This document shows, one piece after another, positions 1-10,552 of a DNA stretch of 64,000 nt. The stretch lies in the NCBI GenBank assembly GCA_044344255.1, contig JBIJDH010000001.1:192001-256000 (forward strand). The letters run 5' to 3'. How positions within the stretch are numbered: the stretch's first letter is position 1; every line of letters starts with the position of its first letter. Under the pieces are notes generated by a model that saw nothing but the letters and a program-made list of their open reading frames with translations, was not told where the DNA came from and did no database searches. Position numbers and translations under genes: made by a program. The DNA comes from Myxococcota bacterium. GTDB taxonomy: Bacteria; Myxococcota_A; UBA796; UBA2385.

Positions 1-1039
1 ACTGGTGGTCCGCGGCACCGTCGCCCCCGAAGTGAGGGAATTCCTCCAAGCCCACAACGCCGTCGATCCCCGAGCGCTGATCTCTCCCTTGGGCTTCCAA
101 TCGGTCGACCTCGCAGGCCAGGGCGAGGCCTTTTTACACTCAAGCTACCTCGGGCTGGTCGGCCTCGGGCTCGCGGCCCTGGCCCTGGCCCACGGCGGCC
201 CCACCCTCCGCCGGGTCGCGTGGGGCGTCGCTCCCACCGCCATCCTGTCGCTCGGCGCCTACCTCTGGTGGGACGGCGCCTGGGTCGAGCTCGGCGAGGG
301 TCGCATCCCCCTCCCCTTCGGCGTCCTGACCCGCCTGCTCCCGGAGGCCGGCTCCACCCACGCCCAGCGCCTCGTCTGGCCCGCGATCGCCGTCGTCGCG
401 GCGCTCGCGGCCCGCGGGATGGAGTCGCTGGCCTCGAACCCCCGCCGCCTCATCCTCTCCGCGCTCGTCGTCCTCGACCTCCTGCTCGCCTCACCGTGGC
501 CGCTCGCCCGCCTCGAGGTGATGGACACCCGCGCCCATGAGCACGTCGCTCGGCAGGCCCAGGCGGAGCTCGCAGCCTCGGTCGGCGTGTCTCACCCGCC
601 GGCCCGGGTGGTGCTCGACCTCCCGGCGGAGGTGGGCCAGACCATGGCCACCTCCGTCTACCTGCTCTACCAGACCATCAGCGGCCTCCCGATCCCCTAC
701 CGGCCCGACGCCCGCGGGGGCACCGCCGCCATCTTGGGGATCCGGGCCTTCAACACGCTGTACGCGCCCAGCGCCGCGCGCCCCGAGGAGATCGAGCGGC
801 TCCACCGCGAGCTCGCCGGGCAGACCCACATCGACATCGGCTCCCTCGAGACGGTGGGCGGCGTCCGGTGGATCGTGCTCCACCGCGAGCTGGAGCGCGG
901 AGGCGGCGACGTCGCCCGGCTCCAGGCGCAGCTCGAAGAGTGGTTCGGCCGAGGAGAAGAGGCCGGGCCGCACCTGACCTTCGACGTCCGGCGGCGCCGC
1001 GACGACGGCGGACGGGTGCTGCCCGCCGCCGAGCCCTGA
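1..1039 (+). CDS. Membrane protein, 5'-truncated; possibly the C-terminal part of a GT-C/YfhO-like glycosyltransferase
   Basis: Open frame from the window edge; several hydrophobic helices followed by a soluble domain (VLDLP...YLLYQT..G.PI); neighbours are GT-C-like genes. Confidence 0.5.
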   Translation, partial: LVVRGTVAPEVREFLQAHNAVDPRALISPLGFQSVDLAGQGEAFLHSSYLGLVGLGLAALALAHGGPTLRRVAWGVAPTAILSLGAYLWWDGAWVELGEGRIPLPFGVLTRLLPEAGSTHAQRLVWPAIAVVAALAARGMESLASNPRRLILSALVVLDLLLASPWPLARLEVMDTRAHEHVARQAQAELAASVGVSHPPARVVLDLPAEVGQTMATSVYLLYQTISGLPIPYRPDARGGTAAILGIRAFNTLYAPSAARPEEIERLHRELAGQTHIDIGSLETVGGVRWIVLHRELERGGGDVARLQAQLEEWFGRGEEAGPHLTFDVRRRRDDGGRVLPAAEP

Positions 1040-1046
1040 TCCGACC

Positions 1047-2378
1047 TCAGAAGCCCACCGCTGGCCCCCCCGGCGCGGGGGGCCCCACGTGCGGGCCTTG
1101 CTGGGGGGTGGGAGTGGGTGCCCTCTGCGGCGCGGGCGGCGGGGAGAGCCCCACCCACGCCGTGTAGCCGAGCGCCACCCCGAAGCTCAACAAGAGCGTC
1201 AGCCCTGCGCGTCGCGAAAGACAAGGTCGAACCGCGTACAGCAGGCGCGTGAGGGTCGCGGCCCACACCAGCAGCCCCACACACACCATCTCCAAGGCCG
1301 CAGACACCGCGTCATCGGGGCTGCGCATCAACAGGGAAGGCAGGGCTGCCACCGCCACGAAGACCCAGGAGAACCGGGGGGCGCCCTGCTCCAACGGCCA
1401 GAGCGCGACCAGGATGGCGGCGGGCAGGAGGATCAGCCCGTAGAAGACCCCGACCGCGGCGCTCGCCGTGCCGAGCCAGGCGGTGAGCAGCGCGATCGCC
1501 GCGGCGAGGGCCGCGGGGCGACGCCGGCCCGCCGAGGCGCAGACCCCCGTTATCGTCAAGGTGAGCAGCCCAAGCGGCCAGAGCCGGAACACTCCGAGCA
1601 AGGTCGACCAGCGGTTGTCCTCCGGAGAGACCCACGCCGGCACGACTCCCCCCTGGAAGCGCACCGTGTCGACGAGGTTGCCGAACACGCGATCCACGGG
1701 GATGAAGCCGACCGTGACGAGCATCACCGCCAGCCCGATGGACGCGGCCGCCGCGAGCGCCCGCCACCGCCGCCCAGCCAACAGCGGCCACAGCGCGACG
1801 CCGGGCACGAGCTTCACGGCCACACCGGCGACGGCGAAGAGCGCGACCCCGAGGCCCGCGTCGAAGGTGGCCGCGCACACCGCCGCGCCGAGGAGGCCGG
1901 CGATGAGCAGGTTCGCCTGGCCCAGCTCCAACGCATGGCGCGTGAGCGGATGCCAGACCGCCATCGCCGCACCGAGGGCAGCGCCCAGGGGCGACCACCG
2001 CCCCCGCGCCGCCGCCCAGCCCGCCGCCGCGCACCCCGTGATGAGACCAAGCATCACGAAGCCGCGCCAGATCGCCAGGAAGGGGCCCCAGCCGCCGGCC
2101 GTCTGCCGCATGAGCCCGACCGCGAGGGTCGGCGGATAGAGCGTCGAGAGGACACCGGTCTCAACACCTTCCACCCGCTCCTGTCGATACAGGGCGTCGA
2201 GGCCCACCCGGTCCGTAGGATCGCGCCCGAGGTAGAGGGCGCGGGCGGGTAGGTAGACCGCGACGGCGTCCTCTGCTCGGCGAGGATCGGCGCCAGCGGT
2301 GATGTCGAGCGCCCGCCACATCACGCAAGCGCCGACACAAAGCGCCGAAGCCCACCAGAGCGCAGGCCGCAGCTTCAT
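1047..2378 (-). CDS. GT87 (DUF2029)-like membrane glycosyltransferase
   Basis: LYPPT, LELGQANLL and VAVKLVP motifs; multi-TM; ATG at 2378 chosen over the upstream ORF extension. Confidence 0.7.
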   Translation of the reverse strand: MKLRPALWWASALCVGACVMWRALDITAGADPRRAEDAVAVYLPARALYLGRDPTDRVGLDALYRQERVEGVETGVLSTLYPPTLAVGLMRQTAGGWGPFLAIWRGFVMLGLITGCAAAGWAAARGRWSPLGAALGAAMAVWHPLTRHALELGQANLLIAGLLGAAVCAATFDAGLGVALFAVAGVAVKLVPGVALWPLLAGRRWRALAAAASIGLAVMLVTVGFIPVDRVFGNLVDTVRFQGGVVPAWVSPEDNRWSTLLGVFRLWPLGLLTLTITGVCASAGRRRPAALAAAIALLTAWLGTASAAVGVFYGLILLPAAILVALWPLEQGAPRFSWVFVAVAALPSLLMRSPDDAVSAALEMVCVGLLVWAATLTRLLYAVRPCLSRRAGLTLLLSFGVALGYTAWVGLSPPPAPQRAPTPTPQQGPHVGPPAPGGPAVGF

Positions 2379-2681
2379 CCGGACCCCCTCGCCCTCGACC
2401 CCGAATCGGCGCCGCTCGGAGCGAGAGCAGCGTATCGACTCCCCATCCCCTCCGCACGACCCCGTGCCCCGTCCCCCCCGCCCCGCCCCGCACACCGGCG
2501 AGGCTCGAAGCCCTCCACGGGGGCGCCCCCGCGTTGACCCGCGAGGGCGCCAGGGGTAATAAACCAACCCGCATACCTGCTTCGTTCCCGGCCTCGTCCG
2601 AGCCCCCAAACATGCTGCTCCTCGCCCTCCCCCCTGCCTGCGCCTCGGACCCCTGCGGAGGCGGTCTCGCTCGCGCCGACG

Positions 2682-3812
2682 ATGTCACCGCTGGATCCAG
2701 CCATGCCGGCGTCCACGTTGATCTGTGAGGGGCCGTTGCCCGTCCGTCGTTCCCCACCCGCAGCCGCCCGGACGCCTCCCGCCCCCTCCTGTGCCCGCCT
2801 GGTCCTCCTCCTCCCCCTCGCGGTCACCCCCGCCTGCGGCCGCAGCCCCGATCCGATCCGTGCCGCGCTTGGCCCCACCCCCGCCGCGGATCCAAACGCC
2901 GAAGCCCAGACCGGCCACTTTTTGTCGGGCACCGAGCTCCGGATGCTGACCAGCACGGACGAAGGTGCCCACTGGAGCCTGTCTCCAGACGTGATCGCGC
3001 ATGGCGTGTCCTCGCTGCACGCGTGCACCTACGAGGACACGGTGTGGGTGCCTTGCCTGCTCGATGTCCGGGAGATCTCCTGGATGGAGTCCGCGTTCCC
3101 GGTGCCATTCGTAGACGTCCTCCGATCGCGCGACCTCGTCCACTGGACCGCCGACCGCATCCGGGTGCGCGCAGATACGAAGGGCGCGATCGATCCCGCC
3201 TGTGTCGTCGGCCCAGAGGGGCTGGAGATGTGGTTCGCGGAGATGGTCGGCAGCGACGGAGACCCTGCCCAGGGCGACAAGCCCGCCAACATCTGGCGCT
3301 CCGCCTGGCGCGAAGACCAATTCGACGACGCCCGGGTGGCCCACCAGGGTCAAGGCCTCGTCGACCCTGCCCCCACCTACGCAGATGGGGCGCTCAGGCT
3401 GTTCCTCAATCAAGACGGCAATCGTATCGTCGAGCTCTTGGAGGGGCGCCTGATCTCCGCGTGGGGGCAAGCCACGGTGCCCCAGGTCGCTGAGCTCGGC
3501 GACCGGCGGTGGCTGCTCGCGCAAGAGCCCCGGGGGCAAGGCATGTTGCCCGTGGCCCGCGCGCTCGGCCAAGCCGGCACCCCAGGCGGAGCGCTGGGGC
3601 CGAGCTTCCCGATCGAGATCGACGGCCTGCTGCGGTCTTGTGAGTCCCCCTCGATGACCACCCTCGACGGGAAGTGGCTCCTGTTCTGCGTCGACGCGTC
3701 GGCGAGGCCACAGGAACACGGACAGGGACAGGGACAGGGGCGAGGGCCACCCGCCGGACAGGGCCCGATCGAGGCCGCCGACCAGAGGAAAATGGGGAGG
3801 CCAACCCATTGA
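2682..3812 (+). CDS. Hypothetical secreted/lipoprotein, possible beta-propeller (glycoside hydrolase-like)
   Basis: LLLPLAVTPAC lipobox-like segment; repeated (A/V)DP motifs; SRDLVHW; true start uncertain. Confidence 0.5.
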   Translation: MSPLDPAMPASTLICEGPLPVRRSPPAAARTPPAPSCARLVLLLPLAVTPACGRSPDPIRAALGPTPAADPNAEAQTGHFLSGTELRMLTSTDEGAHWSLSPDVIAHGVSSLHACTYEDTVWVPCLLDVREISWMESAFPVPFVDVLRSRDLVHWTADRIRVRADTKGAIDPACVVGPEGLEMWFAEMVGSDGDPAQGDKPANIWRSAWREDQFDDARVAHQGQGLVDPAPTYADGALRLFLNQDGNRIVELLEGRLISAWGQATVPQVAELGDRRWLLAQEPRGQGMLPVARALGQAGTPGGALGPSFPIEIDGLLRSCESPSMTTLDGKWLLFCVDASARPQEHGQGQGQGRGPPAGQGPIEAADQRKMGRPTH

Positions 3813-5395
3813 ACGCGCGCCGAGGTTGGCTCCTGGCCACGCTGAGCACCGCCTTCCTCGTGGCCGTCCTGGCCAGCGCGGACCGTTATGCCGATGGCGA
3901 TATGGGCCACCTCATCGCCGTCGAGATCCGCCTCTCAGAGCTCCTCCGGTCCGGTGACCTCCGCACGGCCCTGGGTCTATGGTGGGCGCTCATCGCGCCG
4001 CAGCCGCCGATTGGCTACCTCCCTGGGGTGGTGGCCTTCACCACCTTGGGCGTCCATCCCGTCGTCGCGCCGTTGACGATGGGGCTGGCGTTGCTCGCAT
4101 GCTGGGACGCCCTCTCCCGTCTCTGGGCGGAGCGGGCTTGGCTCGCCTGGCTACCCCTGCTGGCGAGCCCGCTCGTCTGGATCGGCGTCGAGCAGCATGG
4201 GCGCGACCTCCTCGCCGGCACAGCCCTGCTGCAGGCCCTGTCCTGGCTACACCAGGCCCAGGGTTTCACGTCGCGCCGCGCCTCCGTGGCCTTCGGCGCC
4301 TGGCTCGGTCTGGGCTTCATGACCAAGTATACCTTCCCGATCTTCGCCGTCCTGCCCTGCATCTTGGCCGGGGCTGGCCTCCTGCGTCGGCCTCGGGTCG
4401 ACCGGTGGAAGAACTTGGGGTTGGCGGTCCTCAGCTTCCTCGGCGTCGCCGGGGCTTGGTACGCCGAGAAAGGCGGGGCCGTCCTCGGGTACGTGGGCTT
4501 CTCGTTCGGAGAAGACATGGCCGCCAACACGGCCAACTACCGGGACGTCCGCAGCCTCTCCAGCTTGATGTACTACCCGCTCGCCCTTCGGGACGCCCAG
4601 AGCCTCCCCGGCCTCTTCTTCGTGCTCGGCGCCGCCGCCCTCGGGCTGTACTCGGCCGAGTCGCGGAGCCGGGCGTCCTCCAGCCTCGCGGCCGCGGTGG
4701 GCGGCCTCGGAGTACTCTCCACCGTGCCCGAGGCCATCGACCGGTACGCGCTGCCCGCCTTCTTCGCGCTGGTGAGCCTGCTCCCCGCCTTGCCGGCGCC
4801 GACAGGGTGGCGGCGGTGGCTCCCCCTCCCCTTGCTGGTGGTCACCGTGCCGTTCGGGATCGCCACGACCTACCGCTTCCTCCCCGGTTCCCCCACCGCG
4901 CCGTCGAGCTACGAGCACCCGGTCTCGTCGCTGTACACGCTCGCTTGGCCTGGGCCCTCGACCTACTGGCCCTCCGACCTCGACCCCGACGCTTGGCACC
5001 TCCCCGAGGCGGTCGCCGCCATCCGCGCCGCCCAAGGCCGGGACGACGGCACCATCGGCATCCTCGCCGGCCGGAGCCCCGCCCCCATGCCCGGCTTCGC
5101 GACCGTGCTGATCGAAGGCGCCCGACAGGGCTTCGCGTGGGACTTCGCCACGGTCAACACGGCCCCGGGCCGCGGCGCCCCCGAGGTCTTCGTCGGCCCC
5201 TTGTTCGACGGCGAACGCCCCTCAGGAGAGTTCTCGACCCTGTACGTGGTGCGGCTCCGAAATCCGGACTCGGCGATAGACCGCTGGCTCAACGACCACC
5301 CGGGAGAGATGCGCGCGACCTTCCCCGGGCCCGACGGCGCCACCACCGCGGTCTATCGGCTGCGCGCCCCGTTCAAGGGGGGAGGCCCCCGTTGA
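3809..5395 (+). CDS. ArnT/PMT (GT39/83)-like membrane glycosyltransferase
   Basis: Multi-TM; GLGFMTKYTFP motif; TTG start overlaps the upstream stop (TTGA). Confidence 0.6.
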   Translation: MNARRGWLLATLSTAFLVAVLASADRYADGDMGHLIAVEIRLSELLRSGDLRTALGLWWALIAPQPPIGYLPGVVAFTTLGVHPVVAPLTMGLALLACWDALSRLWAERAWLAWLPLLASPLVWIGVEQHGRDLLAGTALLQALSWLHQAQGFTSRRASVAFGAWLGLGFMTKYTFPIFAVLPCILAGAGLLRRPRVDRWKNLGLAVLSFLGVAGAWYAEKGGAVLGYVGFSFGEDMAANTANYRDVRSLSSLMYYPLALRDAQSLPGLFFVLGAAALGLYSAESRSRASSSLAAAVGGLGVLSTVPEAIDRYALPAFFALVSLLPALPAPTGWRRWLPLPLLVVTVPFGIATTYRFLPGSPTAPSSYEHPVSSLYTLAWPGPSTYWPSDLDPDAWHLPEAVAAIRAAQGRDDGTIGILAGRSPAPMPGFATVLIEGARQGFAWDFATVNTAPGRGAPEVFVGPLFDGERPSGEFSTLYVVRLRNPDSAIDRWLNDHPGEMRATFPGPDGATTAVYRLRAPFKGGGPR

Positions 5396-5437
5396 CCGGG
5401 CCCGACATGCAGAGTATCCTGCGCAAACGAGGTTCGA

Positions 5438-6166
5438 ATGCGCCACCGCTCTCTCGCCCTGACCATCGCGTTCCTCGCCTCCATTACCGGATGTCCCCCG
5501 CCGCCCGAAGGCAATGGAGGCCCTGCCGCCAACGGCGAACCCGGCAATCCGGGTCCGGCCCAGTCGGGAGAGGCCGGCGCACCCGGAGGCCCGTCCGCTG
5601 CCACCCCCAGCCCACCCGGCGCGCCGGGCGGGCCGGACGCGGGGAGCACGGCGCCTCCGCCAGGCGGCGGCAACGACGGAGCGGAAATCGGAGCGCCCTC
5701 GCCCCCGAAGGCTCCGGTCGGCTTCGCGTCCCTGATCAAGGGGGGGAAGTCGGTGACCATCAGCGGCAAGATCTCGGGAGCGAAGTCCGTCCAAATCGAC
5801 TTCACCGCCACCTCGACCATAAACGGTGAGATCGCCCCCGACATCATCCAGATCGAGACCAGCCCCGACGGCAAGTTCAGCGTCCAGGCCCCGGCCACCT
5901 ACGACCGCGACATCTACATCGTCGCCTTGGCGCCGGCGACGGCCGGGAAGCCAGGCCCCGATGACCCCGGCGGCGTCTACGGGCCCATCAAGCTGGAGGG
6001 GAAGAACGTCAGCGTGGAGATGACCCTCTCCAAGGACGCCGAGTGGCGGAAGGAGATGCCCTGGTACCGGCCCGGTGACGGCGGGCCGGCCGAGCCGCCG
6101 TCCGCGGCGCCCGAGGGCGGGGAGGCGGGCCCGCCCCCCACTGGCGCCCCCACGGCGCCGAAATAA
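5438..6166 (+). CDS. Pro/Gly-rich lipoprotein of unknown function
   Basis: Signal peptide with ITGC lipobox; low-complexity linker; beta-rich C-terminal domain. Confidence 0.7.
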   Translation: MRHRSLALTIAFLASITGCPPPPEGNGGPAANGEPGNPGPAQSGEAGAPGGPSAATPSPPGAPGGPDAGSTAPPPGGGNDGAEIGAPSPPKAPVGFASLIKGGKSVTISGKISGAKSVQIDFTATSTINGEIAPDIIQIETSPDGKFSVQAPATYDRDIYIVALAPATAGKPGPDDPGGVYGPIKLEGKNVSVEMTLSKDAEWRKEMPWYRPGDGGPAEPPSAAPEGGEAGPPPTGAPTAPK

Positions 6167-6245
6167 CCCGCGGCCACCCCAGCGGTCGCGGAGCTCGCCT
6201 CCGAGACCGGCTCCAACGCCCACCGAGCCCGACGAGGGAGCCCTC

Positions 6246-6356
6246 ATGACCATCCAGCAGCTCACGGACGGCGCCTGGCGGCTCGGACTGATCAGGGCGA
6301 CAGACGGCCCCCTTTCACTCAAGGTGGCGCTCGACGGCGTCGGCAGCAGGCGATGA
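6246..6356 (+). CDS. Small 36-aa ORF or gene remnant
   Basis: GAGGGAG RBS before the ATG; stop overlaps the SGNH start (ATGA). Confidence 0.3.
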   Translation: MTIQQLTDGAWRLGLIRATDGPLSLKVALDGVGSRR

Positions 6357-7444
6357 GCGCGCCGCCGCCACCACCGCCTCCCCCGGCGAGGCGGGGCTCC
6401 CCGCTACAAGCCCGCCTGCTGCTGGGGCTCGTCGCCGCCCTCGGGTTCTTCGCAGCCGGGGAGGTCCTCGCTCGCCTGCTCCTGCCCGCAGGGCCGCCGG
6501 TCATGGGCATCGAAATGCAAGAGGACCCCGACGTCCTCTGGACGCTCACCACCTCCGGCGACCATCCGCCCCCCAACCGACTTGGCCTCCGGAGCCCGGA
6601 GCTCGGGCCACGCGGGGAGGTGACCGGGCGCTTCCTCACCCTCGGAGACTCCTCCGTGTACGGCGACACGGTGGGAGACGACCAGGTCTTCTCTGCCGTC
6701 GCCGCGCGCTCGCTCTCCGCTATCGGCCCCCGAGTCGACGCGGCGAACGGTGGGATCCCCGGCTACTCCACCGTTCAGGCCACCATCCTCTACACCCGCG
6801 TCCACGAGGCGGTCGCGGCCGACGTCGTCGTCATCGCCACGCTCTGGAGTGACGCCTCCGCCGGCGAAGAGACAGACGTCGACCACATCCGACGCGTGCG
6901 CTCCGACCTCGGCTTCTGGGGCCCGGTCAACCGAACCTTCCGGTCTGCGCAGCGCCGCTCTGCCCTGTTTGTGTTCCTCCGGCAGGTGCGCCACGGGAAC
7001 CTGTCCCTCCGCGCACCGGAGCCCCCGCCGCGCGAGAAGGTGGGCTGGGTGCACGCCGACGCCGAACTCCCCTTCGGGACCGTCGCCCGGGTGCCCGTGG
7101 AGGCCTATCGCCAGAACCTCGACGCGCTGGTGGGCCAGGTGCGGGGCGACGGAGCGGAGCCGGCCTTCCTGCTCCTGCCCCACCCCTACGACGACCTGGG
7201 ACAGACCCTCCCGGAGCGGCTCCTCGCCTATCGACAGGCGATGCGCGCGTCGGCCGCGGCCCTGTCGGTGCCCCTTGTGGATGGAGAGGCATGGTTCAAG
7301 GGCCACCCCAGCCGCGCCGGCCGATTCTCCGATGACATCCACCCCAACACAGAGGGGCACGCCCAGATCGCCGCTGCGTTGCTCTCCACCATCGGGGAGA
7401 CCCCCTCCTTACGCGCGCGGCTCGGCCGACGGGCGCCCCCATGA
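6353..7444 (+). CDS. SGNH/GDSL hydrolase family protein with N-terminal TM anchor
   Basis: LGDSSVYG (block I), NGGIPGYST (block II), DDIHPN.EGH (block V). Confidence 0.85.
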   Translation: MSAPPPPPPPPARRGSPLQARLLLGLVAALGFFAAGEVLARLLLPAGPPVMGIEMQEDPDVLWTLTTSGDHPPPNRLGLRSPELGPRGEVTGRFLTLGDSSVYGDTVGDDQVFSAVAARSLSAIGPRVDAANGGIPGYSTVQATILYTRVHEAVAADVVVIATLWSDASAGEETDVDHIRRVRSDLGFWGPVNRTFRSAQRRSALFVFLRQVRHGNLSLRAPEPPPREKVGWVHADAELPFGTVARVPVEAYRQNLDALVGQVRGDGAEPAFLLLPHPYDDLGQTLPERLLAYRQAMRASAAALSVPLVDGEAWFKGHPSRAGRFSDDIHPNTEGHAQIAAALLSTIGETPSLRARLGRRAPP

Positions 7445-7591
7445 CGACCGCCCCGTCCAAGGCCCTCGAGGCGAAGGTTGGGGCACCGGAAGCGCAGGTC
7501 GCCGGGGAGGGCGCCGTCATCGGCTGGGGCACGGAGGAGCACACCATGTCGCCCTCAGCCCGGACCACATAGCGCCTGTCCTGATCTCCGG

Positions 7592-8941
7592 TCAGCCGGG
7601 CCGGCCACGCGGTGCCATTGGCGGCCCTCTCGCTTCTGCCTCCGCCGTGTGCTGGAGAAAGGAGGCGGACTCCTCGAGCCCACGGAGGAGGGTGCTCTCC
7701 GCTCGGGGATCCCCGGCGAGCAACAGAAGTCGGCCCTCGAGGGCCGTGAGGATGGCGGCCCGGTTGGGGCAGGCCCAATCCTGGGCGTGCTGGGGCAGCG
7801 CGCTCCGCACGATGGCCGCCGCCTCGAGGTAAGCGCCCTGTCGAGCCAGGTGGCGGGTGGCGGTGTTCCGGAGCTGCTTGATCGCATAGTAGCGGATCCC
7901 GCCGGGCTCCCGATCGAGCTCCGCGGCGCGCGACTGCACGATAGCCGGGACCTCGGCGGGCGAGGCATGTCCGATCTCTTCCGCTGTGGCGTCGATCCAG
8001 GGGCGATGCGCCGGGTCGTCCGCGCCCAAGCGAGACAAGCTCCCGATCGCGCGCGGCCCCGCAAAGCCCGCCGTGTCGATGAGGCTATCTCCTGTACAGA
8101 GCACCCCGAGCTCTGTCGCGAGGGGCGGCCCTGGCGGGCGTGGGGGCAGCAGCCGGGACGGCGCAAGAGGGTCGGGCACGGCGCCTCCGGCGAGCGCCTC
8201 CGCCGCAGCGGCGATGCCCAAGGCCTCCCGGCGAACCTCGTCCGCCGTCCAGTAGTCCCACGGCTCGGTTGGCACGAAAGGATCGGCGCTGTCGGCATAC
8301 GCCTGCACCAGCGCGACCCGCAAACGATGCCGAGACTCGAAGTCCTCAAAGGCGTCCGGGTCAAGGCCTGATGGAGCCTGGACCCGCCGAGCGTCCGCGG
8401 CGAGGGCCATGGCCTCCACCCCCACCGCGGCGCCCGCACGGGCTCGTAGGACCAGCTCCACCCAGCGGGCGCGCAGGGAGGAGACCGGCCCCTCCGCGAT
8501 CGGCACGGTGCCCCCCTGACCCAGCGCCTGGCACCAGGTCGCGCCGTTCTCTGCGGCGGCGACGAGGGCGGCCTCGATGGGGGGGCCCACCGAGCCGCTC
8601 AATCGCAGCGCACGGAGGGACCCGACGGAGCGAGAGTAACGCTCGGCGCAGGCGGTCCAGTCTCCGCGCATCGCCGCAGCGCGCGCGAGATCACGGCCGA
8701 GCGCCGCCTCGTGTCCAAGCACCCGCATGCGCACATCGTCCCAGCTCGCCTCACCGTAGCCGTGGGGGTTGTCCTGTAGACCGTGGAGCGTCGCCCAGTG
8801 GGGATCGTCCTCTGGGATGACAAGGCTCTGGCCGCCCGGGCGGGGCGGGACCGCCGCGCCGGAGGGGGAGCCTGATTGTTTCGCGCCATCCAGGGTGCAG
8901 GAGAGGAGGCCGACGAGGAGGAGGGTGGAGAGGCCGACCAT
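7592..8941 (-). CDS. Hypothetical helical lipoprotein
   Basis: LLVGLLSC lipobox; 449-aa ORF with normal composition. Confidence 0.6.
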   Translation of the reverse strand: MVGLSTLLLVGLLSCTLDGAKQSGSPSGAAVPPRPGGQSLVIPEDDPHWATLHGLQDNPHGYGEASWDDVRMRVLGHEAALGRDLARAAAMRGDWTACAERYSRSVGSLRALRLSGSVGPPIEAALVAAAENGATWCQALGQGGTVPIAEGPVSSLRARWVELVLRARAGAAVGVEAMALAADARRVQAPSGLDPDAFEDFESRHRLRVALVQAYADSADPFVPTEPWDYWTADEVRREALGIAAAAEALAGGAVPDPLAPSRLLPPRPPGPPLATELGVLCTGDSLIDTAGFAGPRAIGSLSRLGADDPAHRPWIDATAEEIGHASPAEVPAIVQSRAAELDREPGGIRYYAIKQLRNTATRHLARQGAYLEAAAIVRSALPQHAQDWACPNRAAILTALEGRLLLLAGDPRAESTLLRGLEESASFLQHTAEAEARGPPMAPRGRPG

Positions 8942-8987
8942 GCGCCGAGGCTACCACTCCCCAGCCCGCTGTGGTAGCCTCCATTTT

Positions 8988-10406
8988 ATGTTGTCCCTCG
9001 TCACCCTGCTGGCCTGTCAGGCCCCCGACCTCGACCCGCCATCCACCGCCCCCGCCCGCCCTGACATCCGCGCCGCGCCAACCCCGCCGGAGCCGCTGGC
9101 GGCACCGGAGCCAGCAGACCCTTCCACCTTCACCATGCAGGGCCAGGGCGGCCCGAACATCCTCTGGATCACCCTGGACACCGTGTCCGCCGGGCACCTC
9201 GCGGCCTATGGCGGGCGGGTGCCCCTGCGCAGCATCGAGGGGCTGGGCGCGGTTCAGGTGAAGACCGCCATCTCCAACTTTCCCGAGACGGCCCTCTCCC
9301 ACTGGTCGATGCTCACCGGCGTGCTGCCGGAGGTGCATGGAAATGTGCCGGGTGTGGGACAATCGCGGTACTCCGGCCCCACATTTCAGGAGCTCGCGCG
9401 TGTCCGCGGTTACGCCACCGGCGCCTTCATTGGCGGACTGACCCTGCGAGACCAGCAGACTGGCCTCTCGCGTGGCTTCGACCACTATGACGACGACCTC
9501 GCTCCCGGACAGTCGCTCCGCCCTGGCCCCGACACCGTAGCCGCGGCGCGACGCTGGCTACACGAACAGCGGCAGCCTTGGTTTGCATTTGTCCACCTAT
9601 TTGATGCACATCTGCCGTACTCTCCCTCTGAGCCCGGACGATTCGACCCAAGCTACCTTGGATCTGTTGACGGAACGGAGGCCAGCCTCGCGCAGTGGAG
9701 GGACAGCCTCGGAGCGCCTCCGCCTCGGGAGCTCGAACATGCGATCGCGCTCTACGACTCCGAGATCGTAGACGCGGACGCCGCCCTCGCCCCGCTCTTC
9801 TCCGAGCTTGGCCCCAACGACATCGTCATCGTCACCGCGGATCACGGTGAGTCCTTCGCCCATGGTTATTATTTCAACCACCGGGCGGTCCTGTACGAGG
9901 ACACCCTCCACGTGCCGCTCTTCATTCGCGCCCCCGGACTGGCGCCTGCAGCGGTGGAAGGCCTGTTCGCGCTCATTGACCTCGCTCCGACCGTCGCTGA
10001 GCTGGCAGGCTGGGAGGTCCAAGCCCCTTGGATGGGGCAGAGCCGGGTCGGCCTCCTGCGTGGTCAGGGTGGGGGAGCGCCGGAGGTCTGGTCTCGGACC
10101 GACCCTTGGCTCCCGCTCATCTCGGGCGAGCCCGGCACGCGCCTCTCCCGCCGGACGGCCACCGATAAGCTGATCATCGAGGCCGATGGCAGCGCCTGCC
10201 GCTTTGACCTCGTGGAGGACCCTCGGGAGCTCAACGGGCGATGCTCTTTGGATGCCGTCGCCGAGAGCGAAGCCTACCTCGCGCTCATCAAGGAGATGGC
10301 AAAGTTTCAGCGTGAGCTCCCCGAGCGAATGGGGCCGAACCCCCAAGGAGAGATGCTGCGGCAGCTCGGCTACGTGGACCACCACACAGAGCGCGCGAAA
10401 AACTGA
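8988..10406 (+). CDS. Sulfatase/alkaline-phosphatase superfamily lipoprotein
   Basis: PNILWITLDT, HLFDAHLPY, TADHGE and HVPLFI motifs; LLAC lipobox. Confidence 0.85.
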   Translation: MLSLVTLLACQAPDLDPPSTAPARPDIRAAPTPPEPLAAPEPADPSTFTMQGQGGPNILWITLDTVSAGHLAAYGGRVPLRSIEGLGAVQVKTAISNFPETALSHWSMLTGVLPEVHGNVPGVGQSRYSGPTFQELARVRGYATGAFIGGLTLRDQQTGLSRGFDHYDDDLAPGQSLRPGPDTVAAARRWLHEQRQPWFAFVHLFDAHLPYSPSEPGRFDPSYLGSVDGTEASLAQWRDSLGAPPPRELEHAIALYDSEIVDADAALAPLFSELGPNDIVIVTADHGESFAHGYYFNHRAVLYEDTLHVPLFIRAPGLAPAAVEGLFALIDLAPTVAELAGWEVQAPWMGQSRVGLLRGQGGGAPEVWSRTDPWLPLISGEPGTRLSRRTATDKLIIEADGSACRFDLVEDPRELNGRCSLDAVAESEAYLALIKEMAKFQRELPERMGPNPQGEMLRQLGYVDHHTERAKN

Positions 10407-10552
10407 ATTCGCCGCATGGTGAACTCAGAATTTTTAACTCAATGGATAGGGTCACACCAGGCGCTGATCGCCCGGAGCGGGTCACGGTGCTGCCTCGGCC
10501 TGCGCTTCGCCGGATGGGGCTCTGGTAGACTACCCGCCGAAAGCCGGAGACC

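Noticed and set aside
10443..10456. TGGATAGGGTCACA as a possible far-left array boundary
   Set aside because: Only 11/14 match to core+Y, with no TCGAAC motif or tail peptide; it is intergenic but cannot be supported.
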